DNA of 32,000 nt from Candidatus Nanosynbacter lyticus (GTDB lineage: Bacteria; Patescibacteriota; Saccharimonadia; Saccharimonadales; Saccharimonadaceae). Where the stretch lies: the NCBI RefSeq assembly GCF_000803625.1, contig NZ_CP007496.1:60001-92000 (forward strand), in the 5' to 3' direction. The translations under genes and the position numbers were made by a program. Position 1 is the first letter of the stretch. Each line of letters starts with the position of its first letter. The notes under the pieces are model-generated. The model saw only the letters and a list, made by a program, of their open reading frames with translations, ran no database searches and was not told the origin of the DNA. Below are positions 1 to 7,772 of the stretch, piece after piece.

Positions 1-30
1 TAATTACAAAAAACAAACATAGGAAAAGTC

Positions 31-1728
31 ATGTCAAACGGATCAGCAAAACAAAAAGTAGTCCAGAGCATCAAGGATGTAACTAATATTTTGGTGACGG
101 TCAGCTCCAGTCCGTCAGTCGATGAATTATCGGCAGCATTAGGATTGACGATTTTCCTTAACAAACTTGGCAAACACGCTACAGCGGTGTTTAGTGGTGA
201 TATTCCGCCAGCTATTACTTTTCTTAATCCTGATAAAACGTTTGAGCAGACAACAGATTCTTTACGTGATTTTATTATTGCCTTAGATAAGGAAAAGGCT
301 GACCATTTGCGCTATAAACTTGTTGATGATGCGGTGAAGATCTTTATTACGCCATACCGAACGACGATTTCTGACAAAGATTTAGAATTCTCACAGGGTG
401 ATTATAATGTTGAGTTAGTTTTGGCGTTGAATGTTGAGAATAGTGAAAGTATTGATACAGCGTTAACGGCACACGGTAAGATTTTGCATGATGCTACGGT
501 TATCTCGATAACAGCGGGCGACGTAAAGAGCGGCTTGGGGTCGATTGATTGGCATGAGGGTAGTACTAGTGGCGTAAGTGAGATGATTGTTGAACTGATT
601 AATGACTTGAAGACGCCGAAGGTAACTTTGGATGAACAGATGGCAACCGCACTGTTGACGGGAATTGTGGCCGTTACTGAGCGCTTTAGTAATGACAATA
701 CTTCATCAAAGGTTATGACTACTGCAGCAGAACTGATGGCAGCAGGGGCAAATCAGCAATTAGTAATATCAAAGATTGCCGAGAGCGAGACAGAAGATAA
801 GCCTAAGGAAATTGAACAAGTTAAAAAAGAAGTTCCAGCCAAAGACAAAGATGATTCATCCGAAGATAAGGCAGATGAAGTAGAGGAAGCCGAAGAATCA
901 GAGCAGGCAGACGGAACGTTGTCAATTAGCCACGAAAAGAAGGGTGACGTTGATGAAGTAGCTGAGCAGACGGTAAAAGAAAAGCAGGAAGAGTCTGCTA
1001 GGGTTGCTGAAGAGAAATTAGCCAACATTAAGCCGATTAAGGAAGAAGTTCGAGTAGAGGAAGAGGAGCCTAGCGAAAAAATAGTCGCCAAAGAGCTTTC
1101 CTTTGAGGAAACGCCATTGATGGGTGGCACGCTAAATGCGACTACTACGCAGGCTGCCGAGGATAAGATAAGGGCGCTAGCTAGTGACCAGAATAAGACC
1201 ATCTTAACTCATAGTAAGTATGTGGGTGATAGCACACCATCATTTGGCGACACGCCGTTGAATGCGGCTATGGGGGCTTCTGACGAACCGCCAAAAATTG
1301 ACCCATTTGCTACAACTAACGCTGAACAAAGATTGTCGACAATACCTGTTGCTCCTCAATCTGATGAGTCAATTATTGCGGCAATTACCAATGATACAAA
1401 CCAACTAAGCGCGCCGGTAGCCGTAGAGCCAAATCAAGTTAGTGTCTCTCCTGAGCCTGTTCTAGCTGCTCCGTTACAACCTGAGAATACGGCTAACGAG
1501 ATTTCTTTACCGATGCCACCAGCAATTCCAGATTTTAGTGCACTGCCACCAATGCCACCAGCGCCAACCGGTGTTGATACCGCTGGATTACCGCAACTTT
1601 CGCCACTAGGCGTAGCGCCTGAACCGGTAGCTGCTGAAGTAGCTCCAGCACCGGCGCTGCCGACTCAGCCAATTCAAAATACCGGGGAATTTAATCCAGG
1701 TCAATTCCAGATTCCAGGGCAAAAATAG
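31..1728 (+). CDS. DHH/NrnA-like domain protein with degenerate catalytic motifs and a long acidic then Pro/Ala-rich low-complexity C-terminal half
   Basis: 565-aa ORF with an SD-like aggaaaag just upstream. The N-terminal ~240 aa resemble the NrnA DHH fold (STSGVSEMIVEL and LLTGIVAVTERF versus NrnA SSVSEMIYEL / GIVGDTGRF). The metal-binding DxD and DHH motifs are replaced (SPSVDE, ISITAG), and no DHHA1/GGGH region is visible. Its position just upstream of truB matches the usual nrnA synteny. Confidence 0.45.
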   Translation: MSNGSAKQKVVQSIKDVTNILVTVSSSPSVDELSAALGLTIFLNKLGKHATAVFSGDIPPAITFLNPDKTFEQTTDSLRDFIIALDKEKADHLRYKLVDDAVKIFITPYRTTISDKDLEFSQGDYNVELVLALNVENSESIDTALTAHGKILHDATVISITAGDVKSGLGSIDWHEGSTSGVSEMIVELINDLKTPKVTLDEQMATALLTGIVAVTERFSNDNTSSKVMTTAAELMAAGANQQLVISKIAESETEDKPKEIEQVKKEVPAKDKDDSSEDKADEVEEAEESEQADGTLSISHEKKGDVDEVAEQTVKEKQEESARVAEEKLANIKPIKEEVRVEEEEPSEKIVAKELSFEETPLMGGTLNATTTQAAEDKIRALASDQNKTILTHSKYVGDSTPSFGDTPLNAAMGASDEPPKIDPFATTNAEQRLSTIPVAPQSDESIIAAITNDTNQLSAPVAVEPNQVSVSPEPVLAAPLQPENTANEISLPMPPAIPDFSALPPMPPAPTGVDTAGLPQLSPLGVAPEPVAAEVAPAPALPTQPIQNTGEFNPGQFQIPGQK

Positions 1729-2388
1729 TTGATGGATGAAGTCATTCTTATAGATAAGCCACAAGGTTTGACTAGCTTTGGGGTGGTGGCGCGCTTGCGA
1801 CGAGTTTTATCTAATCAAGCGGGTAAGAAAGTGAAAGTTGGCCACACGGGTACGCTTGATCCGTTTGCGACAGGATTAATGATTATTGTGACAGGAAAGA
1901 AATGTCGGGAAGCCGAGACGTTTACTAAGCTAGATAAATGGTATGAGGCGGAGATTGTCTTAGGAGAGAAAAGCTCGACGGGTGATCCTGAGGGCGAAAT
2001 TGCCGAAGTGTCTGACTATAAGCCGAGTGTAGAGGAGATTCAGCAGGTAATCGGTCAGTTTGTGGGGAAAATTGAACAGACCCCGCCTATTTTTAGCGCA
2101 ATAAAAATTAACGGTCAGCGAGCTTATAAATTGGCGCGCGAAGGGAAGCAGGTGGAGATCCCAAAGCGTACAGTGGAGATTTATTCACTAGAATTGTTGT
2201 CCTATGAATATCCTAAGTTAAGAATCAAAACTCATGTTTCCAGCGGAACTTATATCCGAACATTAGCGGTGGATATTGGTGATAGATTAAATACGGGTGC
2301 GTATTGTGAGAATTTGCGCCGCACACAAATAGCCGATTATTCTATTAAGGAAGCGAAGACCTTGGCGGATTTTGGAATTACTAGCTAA
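1729..2388 (+). CDS. truB: tRNA pseudouridine(55) synthase TruB (short form, apparently without the C-terminal PUA domain)
   Basis: Contains the IDKPQGLTSF and GHTGTLDPFATGLM catalytic-Asp motif. The start is TTG at 1729 or ATG at 1732. At 219 aa it is shorter than typical TruB. Confidence 0.9.
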   Translation: MMDEVILIDKPQGLTSFGVVARLRRVLSNQAGKKVKVGHTGTLDPFATGLMIIVTGKKCREAETFTKLDKWYEAEIVLGEKSSTGDPEGEIAEVSDYKPSVEEIQQVIGQFVGKIEQTPPIFSAIKINGQRAYKLAREGKQVEIPKRTVEIYSLELLSYEYPKLRIKTHVSSGTYIRTLAVDIGDRLNTGAYCENLRRTQIADYSIKEAKTLADFGITS

Positions 2389-2417
2389 TTGCAAAAAGCT
2401 GAGTAACTTGGTATAAT
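2389..2417 (+). promoter_or_regulatory. rpsO promoter: TTGCAA, 17-nt spacer, extended -10 TGgTATAAT; ATG 9 nt after the -10
   Basis: TTGCAA at 2389-2394 and TATAAT at 2412-2417, with TG at 2409-2410. There is no SD before the ATG at 2427. Confidence 0.55.
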
Positions 2418-2426
2418 TACAAAGCT

Positions 2427-2693
2427 ATGATTAGCAAAGATAATAAAGCAAAAGCAATTGCTTTGACTCAGGTCAATAAAAACGACGTCGGTAGCCCACA
2501 GGCTCAAGTGTCGGTTTTAACGGCTCGTATCAAAGAGGTCACGGAGCATCTGAAGGCGAATAAACACGACTTTATGGCGCGCCGCGGCTTGATCCAAATG
2601 GTTGGTAAGCGCAAACGCTTGCTGAAATATTTGGAGCGAACTGATTTTGAGAGCTACAAAGCAGTTGTTGCCAAGTTAGGTTTGCGTAAATAA
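2427..2693 (+). CDS. rpsO: 30S ribosomal protein S15
   Basis: 88 aa with typical S15 sequence (GSPQAQVSVLTARI..HLK.NKHD..RRGL..MVGKRKRLL.YL). Confidence 0.95.
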   Translation: MISKDNKAKAIALTQVNKNDVGSPQAQVSVLTARIKEVTEHLKANKHDFMARRGLIQMVGKRKRLLKYLERTDFESYKAVVAKLGLRK

Positions 2694-2715
2694 TTTTACG
2701 TTAGGAAAACTGCTT

Positions 2716-2747
2716 AAATCCCCTTCGGAGAGAAGGGGATTTTTGTT
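2716..2747. terminator. Rho-independent terminator between convergent rpsO and sortase genes
   Basis: Perfect 11-bp stem: aaatccccttc (2716-2726) pairs with gaaggggattt (2732-2742), loop ggaga, followed by a T-rich tail. It is the only hairpin between the two convergent genes. Confidence 0.75.
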
Positions 2748-2754
2748 ATTGCAA

Positions 2755-3354
2755 TTATTTTTTCAACTTGGCAATAAGTACGTCGCGTCCGTCGTTGGCA
2801 CCGCCTAAAGTACAGGAATAAAGCGTCAATTGCGGTTGATCGGTGCGTTGTTCGATTTCTATTGCCTCTGGTTTAACGCTACGTTTTTCGCTGATGACAT
2901 AAATGTAGCGCGCTCCATTATAATCGATAACCATCTCATCGCCAACCATCAGTTTATCAATATTGTAAAACGGTGATTTTCTAAGTGTTTGCCGAGGGGT
3001 CAAGCCCATAATGAAACGGTGTGCGGATAAAACAAAATTACCGCCATCCTTCGGGTTACCATTCTCTGGTTTACGCCACCAAGCACCGTGTTCCATAGTT
3101 TCTGCACCGCCAGATGCGTACGGCAGATTTATATCAATTTTTGGGATATAAAGTCGATTTTCGGTGATTTTATCCTTAGTCTTACTTATAAGCTGTGAGG
3201 TGGAATTGTTCTTTGGGTTGATGGTTTGAGACATGATAAGTGGTGTACTAATAAGCACCAATAGATATATTCCACTAGCAATCATTATTACTGCGATTAT
3301 TGGCAGAATGTAATTTTTTCGTCGTTTGGTAGCCGATTCTAGATGAAGTGACAT
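2755..3354 (-). CDS. Sortase-family transpeptidase (membrane-anchored)
   Basis: N-terminal TM segment. RLYIPKIDINLPY, a catalytic-His context (GNFVLSAHRF), the TLxTC-like Cys motif (LTLYSCT) and a downstream Arg (GRDVLIA) together fit the sortase pattern. Confidence 0.8.
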   Translation of the reverse strand: MSLHLESATKRRKNYILPIIAVIMIASGIYLLVLISTPLIMSQTINPKNNSTSQLISKTKDKITENRLYIPKIDINLPYASGGAETMEHGAWWRKPENGNPKDGGNFVLSAHRFIMGLTPRQTLRKSPFYNIDKLMVGDEMVIDYNGARYIYVISEKRSVKPEAIEIEQRTDQPQLTLYSCTLGGANDGRDVLIAKLKK

Positions 3355-3360
3355 GGCTAA

Positions 3361-3369
3361 ATTATAGCA
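3361..3369 (-). promoter_or_regulatory. Extended -10 (TGcTATAAT) for sortase; predicted +1 falls on the A of the ATG (leaderless)
   Basis: The minus strand reads tgctataat ttagcc ATG. The -10 hexamer is at 3366-3361 and the ATG at 3354-3352. No SD is present. Confidence 0.45.
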
Positions 3370-3541
3370 TAACTATATTAAGGAATTTGCCTGAGCATAA
3401 GAGCGGAGCTGGTGTTTAGGCCAGCGGTTTAGTATAATATTAAGCAGCAATTTGTAATGCGGAAGTGATAGAGATGAGATTGCGCCATGAATCAGGCGGC
3501 ACAATTTTATCCCTGTTACTGCCGCGAGAAAGGAGCTCTTT

Positions 3542-5659
3542 ATGAGTATTATTAATCCAAGCGGCAAGGAGATTTTTAGCGTTACCACTGAGTTTTGTGG
3601 TCGGCCGCTGACACTAGAGGTAAACCGCGTTGGCTTTCGGACAACTGGTAGCGTGCTAGTGCGTTACGGCGATACCGTGGTTTTGGGTAGTGCGCAGGTG
3701 AGCAGTCGCCCAGTCCAGATGGACTATTTTCCATTATCGATTGATTATGAAGAAAAGTTTTATGCAGCGGGTAAAATTTCCGGTAGCCGATTTATTAAGC
3801 GTGAAGGTCGTCCAAGTGACGAGGCTGTGCTGATTGGTCGGTTGATTGATCGTCCAATTCGTCCGCTATTTCCGAAGGGCTACCGCCAAGAAGTGCAGGT
3901 TGTAGCAACAGTACTAAGCATGGATCCTGATTTCCGCCCAGATGTTATTGCGATGATTGCGGCGTCTAGTGCCTTAATGCTAACTGGCACGCCTTTTGAC
4001 GGTCCAGTGTCTGGTCTGCGTGTCGGCCGCGTCAATGGAGAATTTAAGGCATTCTTAACGCAGGAAGAGCGCGAAAAGTCGGATCTTGATTTGGTGGTGG
4101 CTGGTATTGAAAGTGGTATCACTATGGTTGAGGCTGGTGCTAAAGAAGTCTCAGAAGATGTTATTGTCGATGCTATGGCGTGGGCGCACCAGATGATGCA
4201 GCCAGCAATTACCCTGCAGCGGGAATTGGCGGAAAAAGTTGCGCCAGCTCCGCAGGAATATACCTTAATCTTGCCAGATGAATCAATTCAGCAGACAGTT
4301 GATGAGTGGGCTAAGGGTAAGTTTGGTGAAAAACTTCGTCGCCCATATCCAGAGCGTAATGAAATGATTAGTCAGATTCGTGCTGAATTCCATGAGGCGA
4401 TGGCGGAAAAACTTGGTATGGATGAGGAAGAATATAATGAGGTACGTGGTGATTATGATGAGGCGTTTACTTTGGCGCTTCATAAAGATGTACGTCAGGG
4501 AATTGTTGCAGAACAAGTCCGTCCTGATGGTCGACAATTAACAGAAATTCGTCCGCTTAGCTCGGAAGTTGGCTTCTTGCCGCGCGCTCACGGCTCCAGT
4601 CTGTTTACTCGCGGCGTGACGCAGGGTATGAACATTGTTACTTTGGCGCCGCTGAGCTATTCACAACTCGTTGACACAATGGAAGTTAATGATGGCGAAC
4701 GACGCTATATGCACCATTACAATGCGCCAGGCTATACAGTCGGTGAAGTTAAGCGAATGGGTAGCCCGGGTCGACGTGAAATTGGGCACGGTTATTTGGC
4801 GGAACGAGCGCTGTTGCCAGTATTGCCAGCAGAAGAAGACTTTCCTTATGCTATTCGTTCTGTGACAGAAATAATGAGCCAGAACGGCTCAACGTCGATG
4901 GCGGCAACTTGTTCAAGCTGTTTGGCGTTGATGGATGCGGGTGTGCCATTGTCGGCTCCAGTTAGTGGAATTGCTATGGGTCTGATGATGGACGGTGATA
5001 CTCCGTATGTACTGAGTGATATTGCTGACGCTGAAGACTTCGCTGGCGATATGGACTTTAAGGTTACAGGTACAGCAAAGGGAATCACTGCTCTCCAGAT
5101 GGATATGAAGGTGCATGGCCTACCAGTGGCGGTGCTGCGTCAAGCAATTGAGCAGAGTAAGGCCGGTCGCGCGCACATCTTGCAGCATATGCTGAGTGTG
5201 TTGGCTACTCCACGTGATCAGCTTAGTCCGTATGCGCCACGAATTGAGAAGATTAAGATTGATCCAGATAAGATTGGTGCGGTGATTGGTAAGGGTGGAG
5301 AGACCATCAATAAGATTACCTCAGAAACCGGTGCTGAAGTTGATATTAAGGAAGATGGTTTGATTACAATAGCTAGCCCTAATGGTGAATCAATTGAAAA
5401 GGCACTGAATTGGATTAAGAGCTTGGTCGAGGAGCCAGAAGTTGGCAAGGTTTATAAGGGTAAAGTCGTCAGTATTAAGGACTTTGGTGCTTTTGTAAAT
5501 ATTCTGCCGGGCGTTGATGGCATGGTGCACATTTCAAAGTTAGCCGAAGGTCGAGTCAATAAGGTCACTGATGTAGTTAAAGAGGGCCAGTCGGTTCGCG
5601 TAAAAATTACTGGAATTGATGAGCGCGGTAAAATCAATTTGACGATGATCGGTTTGTAA
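3542..5659 (+). CDS. pnp: Polyribonucleotide nucleotidyltransferase (PNPase)
   Basis: 705 aa with two RNase PH-like domains, a KH domain (IGAVIGKGGETINKI) and an S1 domain (GKVVSIKDFGAFVNILPGVDGMVHIS). Strong SD gaaaggag upstream. Confidence 0.97.
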   Translation: MSIINPSGKEIFSVTTEFCGRPLTLEVNRVGFRTTGSVLVRYGDTVVLGSAQVSSRPVQMDYFPLSIDYEEKFYAAGKISGSRFIKREGRPSDEAVLIGRLIDRPIRPLFPKGYRQEVQVVATVLSMDPDFRPDVIAMIAASSALMLTGTPFDGPVSGLRVGRVNGEFKAFLTQEEREKSDLDLVVAGIESGITMVEAGAKEVSEDVIVDAMAWAHQMMQPAITLQRELAEKVAPAPQEYTLILPDESIQQTVDEWAKGKFGEKLRRPYPERNEMISQIRAEFHEAMAEKLGMDEEEYNEVRGDYDEAFTLALHKDVRQGIVAEQVRPDGRQLTEIRPLSSEVGFLPRAHGSSLFTRGVTQGMNIVTLAPLSYSQLVDTMEVNDGERRYMHHYNAPGYTVGEVKRMGSPGRREIGHGYLAERALLPVLPAEEDFPYAIRSVTEIMSQNGSTSMAATCSSCLALMDAGVPLSAPVSGIAMGLMMDGDTPYVLSDIADAEDFAGDMDFKVTGTAKGITALQMDMKVHGLPVAVLRQAIEQSKAGRAHILQHMLSVLATPRDQLSPYAPRIEKIKIDPDKIGAVIGKGGETINKITSETGAEVDIKEDGLITIASPNGESIEKALNWIKSLVEEPEVGKVYKGKVVSIKDFGAFVNILPGVDGMVHISKLAEGRVNKVTDVVKEGQSVRVKITGIDERGKINLTMIGL

Positions 5660-5668
5660 ATATATAAT
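5639..5668 (+). promoter_or_regulatory. Promoter of membrane-protein paralog 1 (TTGACG, 18-nt spacer, TATAAT)
   Basis: TTGACG at 5639-5644 lies inside the pnp 3' end; TATAAT at 5663-5668. The leader contains SD aggag. The architecture matches the paralog 2 promoter. Confidence 0.45.
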
Positions 5669-5703
5669 AATGAAAAGCATAATTTCAGGAGATTAAATTT
5701 CTA

Positions 5704-6618
5704 ATGGATAATAGCAACAATAAGAAGCAACAACTGCAGCAAATACCACCTCAACCACAATTTCAACAAGCTCCGCCTCAACAGCCTCAATTCCAACAGG
5801 CTCCACAACAGCCGCAACAATTCCAACAAATGCCACCTCAACCCATGGCTGGCGCTCCATACCAAATGCCTCCGACGAAGAGTAAAGGTGTTTTGTGGGG
5901 AATTATTGGCGGAGTAATTGGGCTAATAATCATTATCGTTGGTATAGTCCTGGCTATTGTATTCTTGAGTGGTCCAAGTAAGGCAGATTATAAAGATGCG
6001 GTAAGCTTAGTATCGCAAATGAAGCTGCCTGAGTATAAGGATATATTTAAGGATGTGAAAAAAAGTGATGATTACGAAGAGGTCATAAATAAAGTTATAA
6101 ATTCAGCTGATGAAGCTCACGCTAAGTTTGCCTCTAATAAGGCCTTTAAGGACAAAGACGTTAAGGAGGCTTACGACAAGTATCTGAAGGTGTGGAATGA
6201 CGAGGCTAAACCTTACCTAAAATATGTCGGAATTTTTAACAAAGAAGGGGCTTACCGTAAATGTAAAGTCCCTAATCCAAATAAATATTTTGAGAAATCT
6301 AAGGATGAAATCGAACAAGATTTTGACTCTGTCATGAAAAGTTGTACAAACGCCCTGGACAACATGATAAAGTCTGATAATGATATTGCTAAGAAATATG
6401 GTGAAGACTTGAAAAAGCATTATGCGGAGATGAAGCAATATTACGTAGCAGCAACAGCCTATAGGCAGGACTACATAAGAACAAACGGCAAAACATCTTT
6501 GTCGTCACCTAAAGTTCCAACTACCCCAACTCCTAATTACAAAAAGGACATTGTCAAGATAGTGAAAGATAATTTTGATAATTTACAAAAAGTACTAGAA
6601 GATAAAGCTAATAAATAG
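5704..6618 (+). CDS. Bitopic membrane protein of unknown function: Gln/Pro-rich N-terminus, one TM segment, Lys/Asp/Glu-rich ectodomain with a Cys pair (paralog 1)
   Basis: 304-aa ORF with SD, its own promoter and its own terminator. TM segment VLWGIIGGVIGLIIIIVGIVLAIVFL preceded by Lys residues. Paralogous to 6741-7577. Confidence 0.7.
   Translation: MDNSNNKKQQLQQIPPQPQFQQAPPQQPQFQQAPQQPQQFQQMPPQPMAGAPYQMPPTKSKGVLWGIIGGVIGLIIIIVGIVLAIVFLSGPSKADYKDAVSLVSQMKLPEYKDIFKDVKKSDDYEEVINKVINSADEAHAKFASNKAFKDKDVKEAYDKYLKVWNDEAKPYLKYVGIFNKEGAYRKCKVPNPNKYFEKSKDEIEQDFDSVMKSCTNALDNMIKSDNDIAKKYGEDLKKHYAEMKQYYVAATAYRQDYIRTNGKTSLSSPKVPTTPTPNYKKDIVKIVKDNFDNLQKVLEDKANK
5746..5844 (+). repeat. Imperfect in-frame 27-30-nt tandem repeat (3.4 units) encoding PPQ(Q)PQFQQA
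   Basis: Units at 5746-5772, 5773-5802 and 5803-5832, plus a partial unit at 5833-5844. Paralog 2 carries only the last unit. Confidence 0.6.
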
Positions 6619-6634
6619 ATTTTATCTAAAAACA

Positions 6635-6664
6635 AAAGTGCCCTGAGGAAATCAGAGTGCTTTT
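6635..6664 (+). terminator. Rho-independent terminator after paralog 1
   Basis: aaagtgccctga / tcagagtgcttt forms a 12-position stem (two G-U pairs, one mismatch) with loop ggaaa and a T-run. It is homologous to the terminator at 7595-7627. Confidence 0.6.
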
Positions 6665-6676
6665 AGTGGTCAATGT

Positions 6677-6706
6677 TTGACGACAACCAGCTAATAACTA
6701 TATAAT
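6677..6706 (+). promoter_or_regulatory. Promoter of paralog 2 (TTGACG, 18-nt spacer, TATAAT)
   Basis: TTGACG at 6677-6682 and TATAAT at 6701-6706. SD aggagg precedes the ATG at 6741. Confidence 0.5.
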
Positions 6707-6740
6707 AGTAGGTAATGTAAGTTTAGGAGGTAATAATTTT

Positions 6741-7577
6741 ATGAACAATAATCAGAATAACAATACACTACCGCCTCAACCCATGGCTGGCACTCCATAC
6801 CAAATGCCTCCGAAGAAGAATATGAGTAAAGGTGTTTTTTGGGGAATTATTGGCGGAGTTGTCGCTATCATTGCCATTGTTGGTATTGTCTTAGCTTTTG
6901 TATTCCTTGGCGGATCAGGTGATAAAAAAGGTGGAGCCCAAGTCAGTAAGGAAGACTATAAAGACTTTTACTCACAGATTAATAAATTAGACATCTCTAG
7001 GGATGTTGAAGGAAGTAAATATGCTTCATTGTCGTATAGGGGTATTGAGAGAACACTTGGAGAGATTGATGAAAAATATAAAGAACTGGGGTCGCATAAA
7101 GCCCTTGCGGACGAAGATTTAAAAGAAGCCTACGATGAGGCGCTAAAGGATTGGAATGATAGTATAAAGCCGGCTATATATGCTGCATATAAAGTCAGTA
7201 CAGACGAAGATGTCAGTTTTTGTGAACTTAATACCTACGCGTCATATATGAAGCCTGACAGAGAAGCTATTGATGCTGCTCTAGCTTCCCGTGAAGAGCG
7301 ATGCATGAAAGCTGTAGAGAGGTTTGAAAAGTCTGATGATAAAATTGTTTCTCAGTACGGTAAAGCTCTTCGTAAGTATTGGTCAGAAGATATAAAAACC
7401 TTTTTATTAGAGTCATATAAATACTATAGTGAACTTAAAAATAACCCCAACGCTAAATTAAGAAGACCTAAAGAGCCAAAAAACCCAGAAGTGCAAGGTG
7501 AAAAGTCTAGAAGTGATCACTTAGAAGACTATGCATATCTCAAGAAACTAGCTAAGAAAAAGTCTGACGAAAAGTAG
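6741..7577 (+). CDS. Bitopic membrane protein of unknown function (paralog 2 of 5704-6618)
   Basis: 278 aa. Shares PPQPMAG.PYQMPP..K..SKGV.WGIIGGV, the TM segment, DYKD, KEAYD..LK.WND..KP, a Cys pair and KSD..I..YG with paralog 1. Confidence 0.7.
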   Translation: MNNNQNNNTLPPQPMAGTPYQMPPKKNMSKGVFWGIIGGVVAIIAIVGIVLAFVFLGGSGDKKGGAQVSKEDYKDFYSQINKLDISRDVEGSKYASLSYRGIERTLGEIDEKYKELGSHKALADEDLKEAYDEALKDWNDSIKPAIYAAYKVSTDEDVSFCELNTYASYMKPDREAIDAALASREERCMKAVERFEKSDDKIVSQYGKALRKYWSEDIKTFLLESYKYYSELKNNPNAKLRRPKEPKNPEVQGEKSRSDHLEDYAYLKKLAKKKSDEK

Positions 7578-7594
7578 TCTGTATCTAAAAATAA

Positions 7595-7627
7595 AATTAC
7601 CCTGATAAAATCAGGGTAATTTTTATT
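7595..7627 (+). terminator. Rho-independent terminator after paralog 2
   Basis: Perfect 11-bp stem: aattaccctga (7595-7605) pairs with tcagggtaatt (7611-7621), loop taaaa, then a T-run. Confidence 0.8.
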
Positions 7628-7651
7628 GTAGCTTGCTGTGCAGTGCTGTTT

Positions 7652-7680
7652 TTGACAAAATACAGCCAGTTTGTTATTAT
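7652..7680 (+). promoter_or_regulatory. rnj promoter (TTGACA, 17-nt spacer, TATTAT) giving a ~85-nt 5' UTR
   Basis: Consensus -35 at 7652-7657 and -10 at 7675-7680. SD aaaggag precedes the ATG at 7773. Confidence 0.55.
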
Positions 7681-7772
7681 AGGGAGTACTGATTAGAGGA
7701 ATTTATTGTTAGATTAACACCTCTATACTTGGGTTTTGAATTATATTGTAATAAAAAAAGGAGTATAACAAT

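Noticed and set aside
753-1202. 149-aa minus-strand ORF (Ser/Leu-rich) inside the first gene
   Set aside because: It is an antisense shadow of the GAA/GAG/AAG-rich acidic region. It is low-complexity, has no SD or promoter, and is fully contained in a better-supported plus-strand CDS. The same reasoning applies to 402-698.
1300-1728. Pro/Ala-rich C-terminal tail of the first protein as a cell-wall-spanning anchor or sortase substrate
   Set aside because: The protein has no N-terminal signal peptide, no LPXTG-like motif, and no C-terminal hydrophobic segment with a basic tail. It is probably cytoplasmic and disordered.
3474-3545. 23-codon upstream ORF (MRLRHESGGTILSLLLPREKGALL) whose TGA overlaps the pnp ATG (ATGA)
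   Set aside because: The geometry would allow termination-reinitiation. However, pnp has its own strong SD (gaaaggag), the uORF SD is weak, and I cannot assess conservation. I treat it as coincidence unless ribosome profiling or conservation says otherwise.
3373-3588. 71-aa minus-strand ORF spanning the sortase-pnp intergenic region
   Set aside because: It overlaps the pnp start, SD and promoter region. It has no SD and no recognisable sequence, so it is most likely a chance ORF in AT-rich intergenic DNA.
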